Source: an uncultured Gemmatimonadales bacterium (GTDB lineage: Bacteria; Gemmatimonadota; Gemmatimonadetes; Gemmatimonadales; GWC2-71-9). From it: a stretch of DNA of 64,000 bases. Numbering within the stretch: position 1 is the first letter of the stretch; each line of letters starts with the position of its first letter. Shown here one piece after another: positions 9,601 to 17,377 of this stretch. The position numbers and the translations under genes are program-made. The notes beneath the pieces are model-generated. The model ran no database searches, was not told where the DNA came from, and saw nothing but the letters and a program-made list of their open reading frames with translations. The DNA is taken from contig CAVZZO010000001.1 of the NCBI GenBank assembly GCA_963779755.1, positions 1,984,001-2,048,000 of the forward strand, given 5' to 3'.

Positions 9601-12343
9601 CGTCCGTGGACACCCAGGCCTGATGGGGAAGGAAGATGATCGCGAGCGCCAGTTGCCGGGCCGCGGTTTCGGTATCGCGCCCTACCGCCGCGTAGTAGGC
9701 GCGCCACGACTTGTCGAGCGATGGGCGGAGCAGCGCGAGCGAGAGGGAAACGATCCAGGGGGCGGCCACGGCCCCCAGGCCCAGCAGTGTCCAGCGCAGC
9801 GGCGAGCCCGGCAGGAAGAGCCAGCCCGCAACCAGAAAGGCGAACTGCGCCAATTCCACCGTGCTGCGCCGCAGGTTGTCCAGGATCTTCCAGCGGGAGA
9901 GGAAGGAGAGCCGGTTGGGTTCCGGGCCGTTCGGCCCCGGCACCCGGGCAGTGAGCCACGGCAGCAGTTGCCAGTCTCCCCGGATCCACCGGTGCTTGCG
10001 GCGGCTGAACGTCAGATACCGGCGGGGATAGTCGTCATACACGACCACATCGGTGGCCAGGCCGGCGCGGGCGTAGCTGCCCTCGATCAGATCGTGGGAG
10101 AGCAGCGCGTTCTCCGGGAAGCGACCCTGCGTGGCCCGGTGGAACGCCTCGAGATCGTAGATCCCCTTGCCGGTGAAGCTGCCCTCGCCGTAGAGGTCCT
10201 GGTACACGTCGGAAACGGCGGTGGTGTAGGGATCGACGCCGGGATGCCCCGAGTGAATGTCGGCGAAGCGCGACCGATGCGCGCTCGGCAGGGAGACCCC
10301 GACGCGCGGCTGCAGGATCCCGTAGCCGCGCACCACGCGCCCCTGCGCCGGGTCGTACCACGCGCGATTGAGCGGGTGGGCCAGGGTCCCCACCAGAAGC
10401 GGCGCGGCATCCGGCGGGAGGACGGTGTCGGAATCGAGGGTGACGACATATCGCACCTGCCGCAGCGGATCCGGGTCGCCCACCACCAGGGTGAACCCGC
10501 CGGCCTCCCCGGTCATGATGAAGCGGTTGAACTCGGTGAGCTTGCCCCGCTTGCGCTCCCATCCCATCCAGACACCCTCACCGGGATTCCAGCGCCGGGG
10601 CCGGTGGAAGAGATAGAAAGCATCCTGCCCATCCACCGCGTAGCGCGCGTTGAGGGCCCGCACCCCGTCGGCCGCCGCGGCGATGATCTCCGCGTCGCCG
10701 GCCCGGGTCTCCTCCGGAGCGTCGGTCAGGTCGCTCAGGATGGCGAAATGGAGATGCGCCTCCCGGTTGGCCAGGAACTGCACTTCCAGATTCTCCAGTG
10801 CCTCGTGCACCGCACCCGGACTCTCGAAGAGAGTGGGGATGACCACCACCGTCCGGAACTCGGGCGGCACGCCGTGCTCATGAAGATCGAGCTTGGGCAG
10901 CGTCCGGGGCGGCAGGAATACCGTGATCAGCTGGTTCACCACCGTCAGGGCGATGTCGGCGGCGGGCAGAAGCCCGAGGAGCACGACGGCGAGCCACTCG
11001 GAGCGGGCGGCCGGGCCCCCCAGCCACAGCAGGAGGGCGAGCGCCGCCGCCGTTGCCGACAGCACACTGCCCCCGAAAACCATATTGGGATGCCGCCGGG
11101 CCCACCGGTCCGCTGCCTCCGCCGCCGGAGGGCGGTACCCCAGGTCCCGCTCCAGCCGGGCCACGCCGACGTCGATCAGGTAGTAACCGACATGCGTGCG
11201 CCGCGGGTCGCCTCCGTCCCCTTCCGCCGCCCCGCGCGCGTAGTCGATGGCCCGGCGCGCCACCGCCTCCTGCGGCAGGCCCGTCCGCTTGGCGATACGC
11301 TCCACCACATGCCGGTACCGGTCGCGGGTGGCGAACGTCATGCGCCCATAGTCACCCGAGGGGTCGGCGCGCAGGATCGCCTCCATGCGGCTCTGCCCCT
11401 CCACGAAGGCGCCCCATTCCATGCGGGCGATGGCACGCAGGCTGGTGATGCTGTTGGCCATTCCGACCTGGGTCAGGGCCAGGCGCTGGGTCGCGCGGGC
11501 GGCGGCCTCCTCTGCGCTCAGGGCCTCGTCCGCGATCCACTGCTCGAGCCGCTGGACGGCCGGGAGCGCACCGCCCTCAACCCGAAGCTGCTGCAGGAAA
11601 CGGGAGACGAAGGTGGGGGTGAGGGTCGGGGCGTGGGAGGCGAAGCGGTACAGGGCCGCGTCCAGGGTTGCCGCGTCCGCGGCGGCCCCCGCGATGGCGG
11701 CTGCCTCGGCGTCGGCCGCCGCCAGCTCGTCCAGCCGTTGCACCGTGCGGAGGGCCATGCGACGGACATTCTCGATCAGTCCCAGCCGCAGCATGGCGGG
11801 GATCGCCCAGAGCTCGCCGACCGACAGGGGGGCAACCTGCTGAAACGCCGTCACGAACCCGTTCAGGTTTTCGAGATCGATCCGGCCCTCGCTGTGCGAG
11901 ATCAGCGTAATCGCCAGCTCGTAGATCCGGGGGTAGCCCGCCAGCGGGCCGGTGGCCAGCTCGGGCAACTCCCGGTAATAGCTGCGGGGCAGACTCTCGT
12001 GCACCTCGCCGATATGCTCCAGGACAATGTGGTAGTTGTCCAGCAGCCATTCCCCGGCGGGCCCGACATCCCGGCCCCGGTCGGCGGCGGCGGCCAGCCG
12101 TGCCTGGGCATCCCGGAGGATGCGGCGGGTGGCTTTGAGGCGCTCCAGGAGCGGGACCAGTCGCCGGGCGCGCGCGGGCGGCGCCAACCGCTGGCCACGG
12201 GCGATGACCTGGGCCCGCTCGGCCAGGTGTTCGGCGCCGAGCATCTCGCCGGCAATGGGGCCGGCGATCAGATCCTGGCGGGCGTCGGGCCGGCGGGAGA
12301 GAAGGCGAGAGAGGAAAGCGGGCGCCTTGAAGGGAGCGTTCGT
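3644..12343 (-). CDS. ndvB: Cyclic beta-1,2-glucan synthase (Cgs/NdvB type; glycosyltransferase plus C-terminal GH94 phosphorylase). First ATG is at 12244; an ACG start at 12343 is proposed
   Basis: WLLDNY, WMGWERKRGKL, LDSDT, SHDLIEG, RWIRGDWQL, YDLLASEARL, SWSGSMFEYLMP, QSGGAYGFRDQLQD, GDWNDGMN and GRGGWTWYTGSA motifs. Confidence 0.93.
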   Translation of the reverse strand, partial: TNAPFKAPAFLSRLLSRRPDARQDLIAGPIAGEMLGAEHLAERAQVIARGQRLAPPARARRLVPLLERLKATRRILRDAQARLAAAADRGRDVGPAGEWLLDNYHIVLEHIGEVHESLPRSYYRELPELATGPLAGYPRIYELAITLISHSEGRIDLENLNGFVTAFQQVAPLSVGELWAIPAMLRLGLIENVRRMALRTVQRLDELAAADAEAAAIAGAAADAATLDAALYRFASHAPTLTPTFVSRFLQQLRVEGGALPAVQRLEQWIADEALSAEEAAARATQRLALTQVGMANSITSLRAIARMEWGAFVEGQSRMEAILRADPSGDYGRMTFATRDRYRHVVERIAKRTGLPQEAVARRAIDYARGAAEGDGGDPRRTHVGYYLIDVGVARLERDLGYRPPAAEAADRWARRHPNMVFGGSVLSATAAALALLLWLGGPAARSEWLAVVLLGLLPAADIALTVVNQLITVFLPPRTLPKLDLHEHGVPPEFRTVVVIPTLFESPGAVHEALENLEVQFLANREAHLHFAILSDLTDAPEETRAGDAEIIAAAADGVRALNARYAVDGQDAFYLFHRPRRWNPGEGVWMGWERKRGKLTEFNRFIMTGEAGGFTLVVGDPDPLRQVRYVVTLDSDTVLPPDAAPLLVGTLAHPLNRAWYDPAQGRVVRGYGILQPRVGVSLPSAHRSRFADIHSGHPGVDPYTTAVSDVYQDLYGEGSFTGKGIYDLEAFHRATQGRFPENALLSHDLIEGSYARAGLATDVVVYDDYPRRYLTFSRRKHRWIRGDWQLLPWLTARVPGPNGPEPNRLSFLSRWKILDNLRRSTVELAQFAFLVAGWLFLPGSPLRWTLLGLGAVAAPWIVSLSLALLRPSLDKSWRAYYAAVGRDTETAARQLALAIIFLPHQAWVSTDAIVRTLWRMFVTRRHLLEWQTASHIEQGLPDSGAAAWRAMGPAVAVAGLVLLGFLWRLSARPAGTGTPAWEVAVAVLPLMLAWMIAPAVAQVLSAPAVTRRRRLGQGLQSRALRYALLHWRFFDRFVNAGSNWLAPDNFQESPDPVVALRTSPTNIGLQLLATVSAADLGFLTLGEMVRRLELAFRSLERMRRFRGHFYNWYDLRDLSVLEPAYVSTVDSGNLAGHLVALRQACLALMDQPVLTRAPWLALEAALDLAGDRLPSPASANGADEHLRAARDALAASARGPVSAAALAGVAGPLAQAQDAIARAGLPGAERDQASEWIEWSLQRIAGQPALTDGLGTDSPATLRKLAVRSPAAADLAARLEALAERAYAYALETDFRFLFEGKHKLFATGFHQDTHALDASSYDLLASEARLASFLAVAKNDVPVEHWFRLGRTMTYAAGTPALVSWSGSMFEYLMPLLVMQSFPFTLLAQTYRGVVARQMAYGASRGVPWGVSESAYNVRDRHHTYQYRAFGVPDLALKRGLGRELVVAPYASILATLIDPQAALANLQLLESKGALGPYGFRDALDYTRPDPDRRYALVDTYMAHHIGMGLVALTNLLASRVWQRRFHADPLVRSAELLLHERIPRRLVLQERDGGRPDPMRHEGEGEEPVVRQFETPDTPEPHVALLGYLPYTVMLSHCGGGYSRYEGLAVTRWRADGSCDATGQFCYLKDVSTGRVWSAAHQPVAAAADWYHAHLATDRVTFHRLDDAIETRTEVVAVPEDSAEVRRVILTNHADDDREVELTSYGEIVLAPPTADRAHPAFSNLFVETEWHEWCSAITATRRPRSAEERQLWCVHVMDSGKERVGPVTCETDRARFLGRGRTPRDPAALEGEGPLSGTTGAVLDPVFALRTRVRLAPGQSASVAFTTLVATSPERAFELADRYHDPHAAQRALDLAWTSNQVELRELGLTPADAAVFQELAGDLFYGNPGLRPPQSELRRNRGSQPLLWTAGLSGDWPILLATIESADGLSTLRQLLAAHRYWRRRGMTVDLVVLNMAASTYHQDLTDRITAAVYAVSDSGSFDRPGGVFVRRRDQLAADALQMLRATARVHISCDGRALGRAVAAATPPDELPADEDESPPSGTRAPERSDLRVANVMRRIGARLLGPLTAPLFSSWSSGTGRRGGAPPPPPANGFGGLTAEGDYEIQVQDGRLPPAPWANVIANPHGGFVVTERGGGFTWAANSQLYRLTPWHNDPVSDQVTEAVYLQDDETGELWSATPGPVRQALPYLVRHSAGTTSFEHEHGGGITTTLMLGMADDAAVKLSILRVTNHDTRPRRLTITTYVEWTLGVLREHTQHQVRTMPDPAQSAILAQNTFDPQFADWVAFHAITEPLAAHTASRLDFLGRNGTVADPAALRAGGRLNAITGAGIDPCAALQCELSLAPGETREIAILLGAAGDETAARQAVAEYRDVARAQAALAGSIAAWAERLSAITVRTPEPTFDAMLNRWTLYQALSCRMWGRSALYQSGGAYGFRDQLQDVMAFVYADPALAREHIVRAAGRQFLEGDVQHWWHPPAGRGIRTRFSDDLVWLPYVVDHYIRTTGDASVLDVPVPFLVMRALEPDEQEVYDVPRTADEEASVYEHCRRALAHACTAGTHGLPLIGAGDWNDGMNRVGVAGRGESVWLAWFLIATLRSFAQHAEARGDAAVAADCRRHAEAYTAAVEAHGWDGAWYRRAYFDDGTPLGSAGNEECQIDSIAQSWSVLSHAGHPDRQAQALGSLEHRLVREDARLIMLLTPPFDTMPQDPGYIKGYLPGIRENGAQYTHAAIWAVLATALRGDADRAFELYQMLNPLTHARTPEEVEIYKVEPYVVAADVYTAEGHLGRGGWTWYTGSASWMYRAGLEGILGFHKRGEMLFLEPRAPAGWREYTIEYRHGRSRYVIVVHNPDGAARGAVELMMDGRPVNGPAILLVDDGERHEVSVRPAMP

Positions 12344-12507
12344 CGGGGACCTCGAGTGAGGGACGCGTGGATCAGGCCGCGGTTGAAACGTAACCCCCGG
12401 CGGAAGAACGCAACGCCGGCCCCGCCGTCACCGGCGTGCGAGGCGACCCCGGCCCGGACGGCGAGGGCCGCGTGAACATCGCTTCAGGAATCCCTCAGGA
12501 TAGATCC

Positions 12508-12523
12508 ATCAAGAACAGTTGAT
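12508..12523. promoter_or_regulatory. ArsR/SmtB-type operator palindrome ATCAA-N6-TTGAT
   Basis: ATCAAgaacagTTGAT lies 11 bp upstream of the permease start and resembles known ArsR boxes. Confidence 0.6.
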
Positions 12524-12534
12524 CTTTCCTCCCT

Positions 12535-13602
12535 ATGGCCAGTTCGCCGCTTCCCATTCATCACCCGGTTGCCCCTCCGGCCGCTTCCCTGCGAAATCCG
12601 TGGTGGGGGGCCGCCGGGGCAATCCTCTGGCTGGCGTTGTACAGCCAGGCGGCCGCGGTATCTCACTGGGTTACCTATGGTCTCCTGGATCTCGCCGAGG
12701 GCGGCCGGGTGGGGGCGTCCGTCGGCTTCTTCCTCTACGAGGTTCCCAAGGTCCTGCTGCTGCTGGTCGCCGTGGTGTTCGCAGTGGGGGTGCTCCGCAG
12801 CTTCGTCACCCCCGAACGCACCCGGCAGATCCTCGCCGGTACCCGGGAAAGCGCCGGAAACGTCCTTGCCGCCGGTCTCGGCGTGGTCACCCCCTTCTGT
12901 TCCTGCTCGGCTGTGCCGCTTTTCCTCGGATTCGTGAAGAGTGGGGTGCCGCTGGGAGTCACCTTCTCGTTTCTCATCGCCGCTCCCATGGTGAACGAGG
13001 TGGCGCTGGTCCTGCTGGCGGGGCTCTTCGGCCCGCGGGTCGCGCTGCTGTACGTAGGCACCGGGCTGAGCCTTGCGATCATCGCCGGCTGGATTATCGG
13101 AAGGCTGCACCTGGAGGGCTGGATCGAGCCATGGGTGACGGCCATGCCGGCCGTTCAGGCCGGGGGCGGCGTTGCCGGCCCCCGGCGCTGGAGCGAGCGG
13201 GTGCAGGCCGGCCGGGAGGCGGTGAGAGAAATCGTGGGGAAGGTGTGGCCCTGGGTGGTGGCGGGCATCGCCGTCGGCGCGGTGATTCACGGATACGTCC
13301 CTACCGGTGCGATGACCAGCCTGCTGGGAGCGGAGCGGTGGTGGTCGGTCCCCGCGGCCGTGCTGCTTGGCGTGCCGATGTATTCCAATGCCGCCGGGAT
13401 CATCCCGATCGTGCAGGCGCTGATGGAGAAGGGCGCCCCGCTCGGGTCGGTGCTCGCCTTCATGATGTCGGTGATCGCCCTGTCGTTCCCCGAGATGCTG
13501 ATTCTGCGCAAGGTGCTGCAGCCGCGGTTGATCGCTCTCTTCATCGGGATCGTGACCGTGGGGATCATTGCGGTGGGCTATCTGTTCAACGCGATCTTCT
13601 GA
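12535..13602 (+). CDS. ArsP-like permease (DUF318/COG0701)
   Basis: TPFCSCSAVP, FLIAAPMVNEV, GVPMYSNAAG and ALSFPEM motifs; multiple transmembrane segments. Confidence 0.9.
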   Translation: MASSPLPIHHPVAPPAASLRNPWWGAAGAILWLALYSQAAAVSHWVTYGLLDLAEGGRVGASVGFFLYEVPKVLLLLVAVVFAVGVLRSFVTPERTRQILAGTRESAGNVLAAGLGVVTPFCSCSAVPLFLGFVKSGVPLGVTFSFLIAAPMVNEVALVLLAGLFGPRVALLYVGTGLSLAIIAGWIIGRLHLEGWIEPWVTAMPAVQAGGGVAGPRRWSERVQAGREAVREIVGKVWPWVVAGIAVGAVIHGYVPTGAMTSLLGAERWWSVPAAVLLGVPMYSNAAGIIPIVQALMEKGAPLGSVLAFMMSVIALSFPEMLILRKVLQPRLIALFIGIVTVGIIAVGYLFNAIF

Positions 13603-13612
13603 GGGAGGAAGC

Positions 13613-13894
13613 ATGCGAGTGGAGATTCTGGGTACCGGATGCGCCCGTTGTCACCAGCTCACGCGTAACGTGCAGACCGCGCTAGAGCGGCTCGGCGCCG
13701 AGGCCGACGTGCGCCAGGTGGAGGACCCGCAACAGATTCTGGCCTACGGGGTGATGAGCACGCCGGCGCTGGTGGTCGATGGAGCGGTACGCCTGGCCGG
13801 GCGGGTACCGGGGCCGGAAGAACTGCAGCAGTACCTGGCCGGTCCGCCGGCCCCGGCCGATCTCGCCGTCACCCCGGCCCGGGAAGAGCGGTAG
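13613..13894 (+). CDS. Small redox-active disulfide (thioredoxin-like) protein
   Basis: MRVEILGTGCARC (CxxC) and YGVMSTPALVVDG; SD GGGAGG before ATG 13613. Confidence 0.9.
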   Translation: MRVEILGTGCARCHQLTRNVQTALERLGAEADVRQVEDPQQILAYGVMSTPALVVDGAVRLAGRVPGPEELQQYLAGPPAPADLAVTPAREER

Positions 13895-14963
13895 GCTCCG
13901 AAAGAAAGCGGCGGACCTGGCGTACGATCTTCTCCGCGTCGTCGGCGACGCCGCAGAGCAGCCCGGATGCCCGGCTGTTCTGCCACTCACGTCCGACATA
14001 GAACAGTCCGGGAACCGGGGATAGGCCGCGATGCTCCAGGAAGCTTCCGTGGGCACCGGTCGCTCCGGGGATGCTCATCCAGGACGGATCATCCCGATAG
14101 CCGATAGCCCAGACCACGGCGTCGAAGGCGGCCGCGCGGCCGCCTGCGAAGCGCAGCGTGGCGCCGTCGGCATCGATCGTGCGCGGCACCAGGCGCACTC
14201 CCCTGCGCCGGAGCGATCCGGGCCGCAGGTGCGCGCCGGGGAAGGGATCCAGGGCGCGGCTGACGCGGCCGGGGACGGTGGCCTTGTCCGCACGCAGAGC
14301 GCCGAGGTGGTCCGCCCACCACAGGTTGTCTCGGCCCAGAATGCGCTGGGGCAGAATTACCGAGCGCCGGCCCGTGGAGAGCCACGTCTCGTGCGTGGAT
14401 GCCAGCTCCCGGGCGACATTCCGGCCGGTGGGACCGCCGCCGACTACCAGGACGCGTCCGGGGGGGACCTGCTCCGGCCGCCGATAACTGGCCGCATCGA
14501 ACCGGGGCAGTCCGGGTGCGAGGTTCGCGGCAAAGGAGGGGGTGACGGGTCGTTCGAAGCCGCCGGTCGCGACGATCACCGCAGTGGCTTCGAGGCTGCG
14601 TCCCTGGGCGGTGCGCGCCGAGAAACGGCCGCCCTGTCGCTCGAGCGCTATCACCGCATCGCCGAGGGCAAGGGGGAGCTCGAAGGTGCGGGCGTAGCGG
14701 CCCAGGTAGTCCGCAATCTCGTGGCCGGCGGGATACCCCTCCGGGTCGCCGGAGAGAGGCAGGCCTGGAAGCGCGCTGTAGGACCGGGGCGAGAAGAGGG
14801 TGAGAGAATCGTACCGCCGGCGCCAGGAATCGCCGGAATACGCGTGCCGTTCCTGGATGTGAAAGGAGAGGCCGTTCGATGCGAGGGCCCGTCCTGCGGC
14901 CAGGCCGGCCTGGCCCGCACCGATCACCAGGACGTCCAGCCCGGTTCTGGAGGACTCCTTCAC
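13869..14963 (-). CDS. Flavin-containing monooxygenase / NAD(P)-FAD oxidoreductase (CzcO/ArsO-like)
   Basis: VIGAGQAG, WRRRYDSLTLF, ATG and VLVVGGG motifs; GTG at 14963 preceded by GGGGGAGG. Confidence 0.85.
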   Translation of the reverse strand: MKESSRTGLDVLVIGAGQAGLAAGRALASNGLSFHIQERHAYSGDSWRRRYDSLTLFSPRSYSALPGLPLSGDPEGYPAGHEIADYLGRYARTFELPLALGDAVIALERQGGRFSARTAQGRSLEATAVIVATGGFERPVTPSFAANLAPGLPRFDAASYRRPEQVPPGRVLVVGGGPTGRNVARELASTHETWLSTGRRSVILPQRILGRDNLWWADHLGALRADKATVPGRVSRALDPFPGAHLRPGSLRRRGVRLVPRTIDADGATLRFAGGRAAAFDAVVWAIGYRDDPSWMSIPGATGAHGSFLEHRGLSPVPGLFYVGREWQNSRASGLLCGVADDAEKIVRQVRRFLSEPTALPGPG

Positions 14964-15039
14964 CAGCGCACTGCCTCCCCCGATTACGGTTGCGTCGGGG
15001 CGGCGCCGGCCGCCCGCCTCTCGCCGGTAAGCTAGTCGC

Positions 15040-16332
15040 TCACCCGAGTGCCGCGCGCCGGCGTTCCAGCTCGCCGGCCAGGAGGGCGCGCGTCTCTTCC
15101 GGCACGCCGGTGGCACGCGCCTGCCGCTCCCAGCCGGCCACCGCGGCAATCGCCTGGTCGATGACCTTCCCGGCCCCCTTCACGGCGAACTGGTGTCCCA
15201 CCGACAGCAGGTCGGTGCGGGTGATGCCCTCGCGCTTGTCGGCCACCCGCATCTGGTGCCGGCTGGTGAAGCCGTGGCCGCGGGCGAAGGTGATGTCGTA
15301 GGCCGGCGCCAGCCGCCAGCTCCCCTCCGGGGTCATCTGGAAGGACAGGTTCTTCACGTGGTCGTCCTGGTTGACCGCGACGACGTTGAACACCATGCGA
15401 CGGTAGCCCTGCTCCACCGCGGCGGGCGGCAGACCCAGTCGCAGGACGGTGCGCAGGTATTCCTCGTAACTGCTCGCACCCGCGTCGTTATAGTCGAGGT
15501 GGAGCAGACCGCCCAGCGTGTGCTGATGCAGCCGGGTACCGTCCGGGTCCAGGTCGAACCGGCGGATGAGCAGGTGGGCGTAACCGCCGGCCCCTTCCAG
15601 CACTTCGACATGCGCCATGTCCACCCCGGCCTCCCCGGCCATGCGGGCGTAGGCCGCTTCGATCCGGTTGTAGGGGGCCGGTTGTTCCAGATGATCCCGC
15701 CGCAGCGCGTCGCCCACGCCGTCGAACTTGATGATGTACGGCTCATCCCCGGCCTGCGGTGTGGCATAGCCCGAGCGGATCCGGCCTGATGGGCGGTTGT
15801 ACAGGACCAGGGCCTTGGGCCGCATGCCGCCGGCCGAGGAGCCGATGCGGTAGATCTCCGGCACCGCCACGTCGGGTTTCCCTTCGATCACCTTGCGGGC
15901 GTCGCGCACCAGGGCGGCCACCTCCAGCGACTCCTGTTCGGCGGGGCGGCCCGGCAGCTGCACCTCGGGATGGTAGGTGAGGGCGCCGATGGCCCGCCGG
16001 CCGACGTAGAGCAGGCGCTGCACCGGGGACATGGCGCGCTCGGTCTGCCCGCGGGCGGTGTAGAAGGCCCGGATCACCAGGTTGCCGAAGGAATCGGGCA
16101 GGGAATCGGCGAAGACGCCGGGCAGGCCGTTGAAGGCCTCCTTGCGGCGCAGCTCGTCAAAGGAAACCGCCTGCGCGAGTGACAGCGGGAGGTGCAGGGG
16201 GGAGATCTCCAGCCCGCTGCGGCGGAAGGCGGGATCGTACTCGAAGACGATGCGACCGTCGTCCATTTCGGCGACCGCGCCAACCGTGCGGTCCCAGAGC
16301 CGGACTTCCGCCAGGCAGCGTACCTCAGGCAT
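15040..16332 (-). CDS. hipA: HipA-family toxin kinase
   Basis: N-terminal couple_hipA-like region (VGAVAE..FEYDP..LPGVFADSLPDSFG), SAGGMRPKA, IIKFDG, RRFD, NQDDHVKN and LAPAYD. Confidence 0.92.
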   Translation of the reverse strand: MPEVRCLAEVRLWDRTVGAVAEMDDGRIVFEYDPAFRRSGLEISPLHLPLSLAQAVSFDELRRKEAFNGLPGVFADSLPDSFGNLVIRAFYTARGQTERAMSPVQRLLYVGRRAIGALTYHPEVQLPGRPAEQESLEVAALVRDARKVIEGKPDVAVPEIYRIGSSAGGMRPKALVLYNRPSGRIRSGYATPQAGDEPYIIKFDGVGDALRRDHLEQPAPYNRIEAAYARMAGEAGVDMAHVEVLEGAGGYAHLLIRRFDLDPDGTRLHQHTLGGLLHLDYNDAGASSYEEYLRTVLRLGLPPAAVEQGYRRMVFNVVAVNQDDHVKNLSFQMTPEGSWRLAPAYDITFARGHGFTSRHQMRVADKREGITRTDLLSVGHQFAVKGAGKVIDQAIAAVAGWERQARATGVPEETRALLAGELERRRAALG

Positions 16333-16627
16333 CGGGACGCCCCTTTCCGGCCTTCTTTGCCTGGCGCAGAAGGGCGATGGGGCTCACCTCCGGTGCCGGG
16401 ATGAACGCATCCAGCGCACCCAGACGGCCGTAGACCCGGAGCATGCGGATGATGGTGAGCAGGGTGGGGTTCTGGCCCTGTTCCGCTCGCGCCACCGTCT
16501 GGCGCGTGAGCCCGGCCTGCCGGGCAACCTCCTGCTGCTGGCGCGATCCCCGGAGTGCCCGCAGCCGGCGGCCAATATTCTGGAGGATCTCCGGGTCGGC
16601 CATTTCGGTGAATGATGTATTTGGCAT
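16325..16627 (-). CDS. hipB: XRE/HTH antitoxin (HipB-like)
   Basis: IGRRLRALR..QQEVARQAGLTRQTVARAEQG HTH; overlaps the hipA start. Confidence 0.85.
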   Translation of the reverse strand: MPNTSFTEMADPEILQNIGRRLRALRGSRQQQEVARQAGLTRQTVARAEQGQNPTLLTIIRMLRVYGRLGALDAFIPAPEVSPIALLRQAKKAGKGRPDA

Positions 16628-16713
16628 ATCCCGCGTTCCGGGCCGGGGAAGTTCGATACAAAGCACAGAAGGAATGTACTCGGAAGCCATCTGGAAGACA
16701 AGTCATCTGTGGA

Positions 16714-16754
16714 TGATATATCAAACTTATATGGCTATTACTAGCACATAAGTT
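16714..16754. promoter_or_regulatory. AT-rich promoter/operator region upstream of hipBA
   Basis: Palindrome TGATATATCA (16714-16723) and inverted repeat AACTTAT-N17-ATAAGTT (16724-16754) in a strongly AT-rich patch. Confidence 0.55.
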
Positions 16755-16999
16755 ATATATATTTTGCTCATCGACGCGCATGGAGCGGGACTCGGAACCT
16801 GGTCTCCTCTGCCGCACCGGCTCCCGCCACTGGCTGCTGCCGGACGGGGCGCCGGGGACCACGCCGGTGGCCGCCGGAATCCATCGCTGCTTCGGTGACG
16901 TGCTGGTGGTCACTTCATCTCCGGCATTCCGGCGAAACCATGCAGTGCCGGAGCGTCCGCTCCGGCGAGCGGGGGGAGGCACCACAACCGGGAGCGCGC

Positions 17000-17323
17000 A
17001 TGGCCGGGGAGGGCAGGCAGGAGCTGAATCGCCAATTGGGCCAGCTGGAGGATCAGATGCCGGACCGGCTTGCCCGCTTCATCGAATGGTTGCGGCATCC
17101 CTCCTCCCGCTGGGTGCGGATTCCCCTTGCCATCATCTGCATCGGCGCCGGCTTCCTGGGCTTCCTTCCCATCCTCGGCTTCTGGATGTTGCCCCTGGGG
17201 GTGCTGCTGCTGGCGCAGGATATCCCCTTTCTGCGGAAGCCGACCGCCCGGGCCCTGGAGCGGGTGGAAGACACCTGGGGCGAGCTCAAGCAGAAATGGC
17301 GGGAGCGGAAACGCGGCCATTGA
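17000..17323 (+). CDS. Small membrane protein (FLPILGFWMLPLG motif)
   Basis: ATG 17000 after GGGAG; hydrophobic hairpin segment. Confidence 0.8.
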   Translation: MAGEGRQELNRQLGQLEDQMPDRLARFIEWLRHPSSRWVRIPLAIICIGAGFLGFLPILGFWMLPLGVLLLAQDIPFLRKPTARALERVEDTWGELKQKWRERKRGH

Positions 17324-17377
17324 GGCGCGCGTGGAGAAAGGCAGGGCTCACCCGACCGATTGCGAAGGAGTCGATCA

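Noticed and set aside
4430..12475. 2681-aa plus-strand ORF
   Set aside because: Antisense shadow of the glucan synthase caused by high-GC codon bias; no motifs. The same applies to 19730-22555, 25011-27458, 17375-19006 and 47884-49767.
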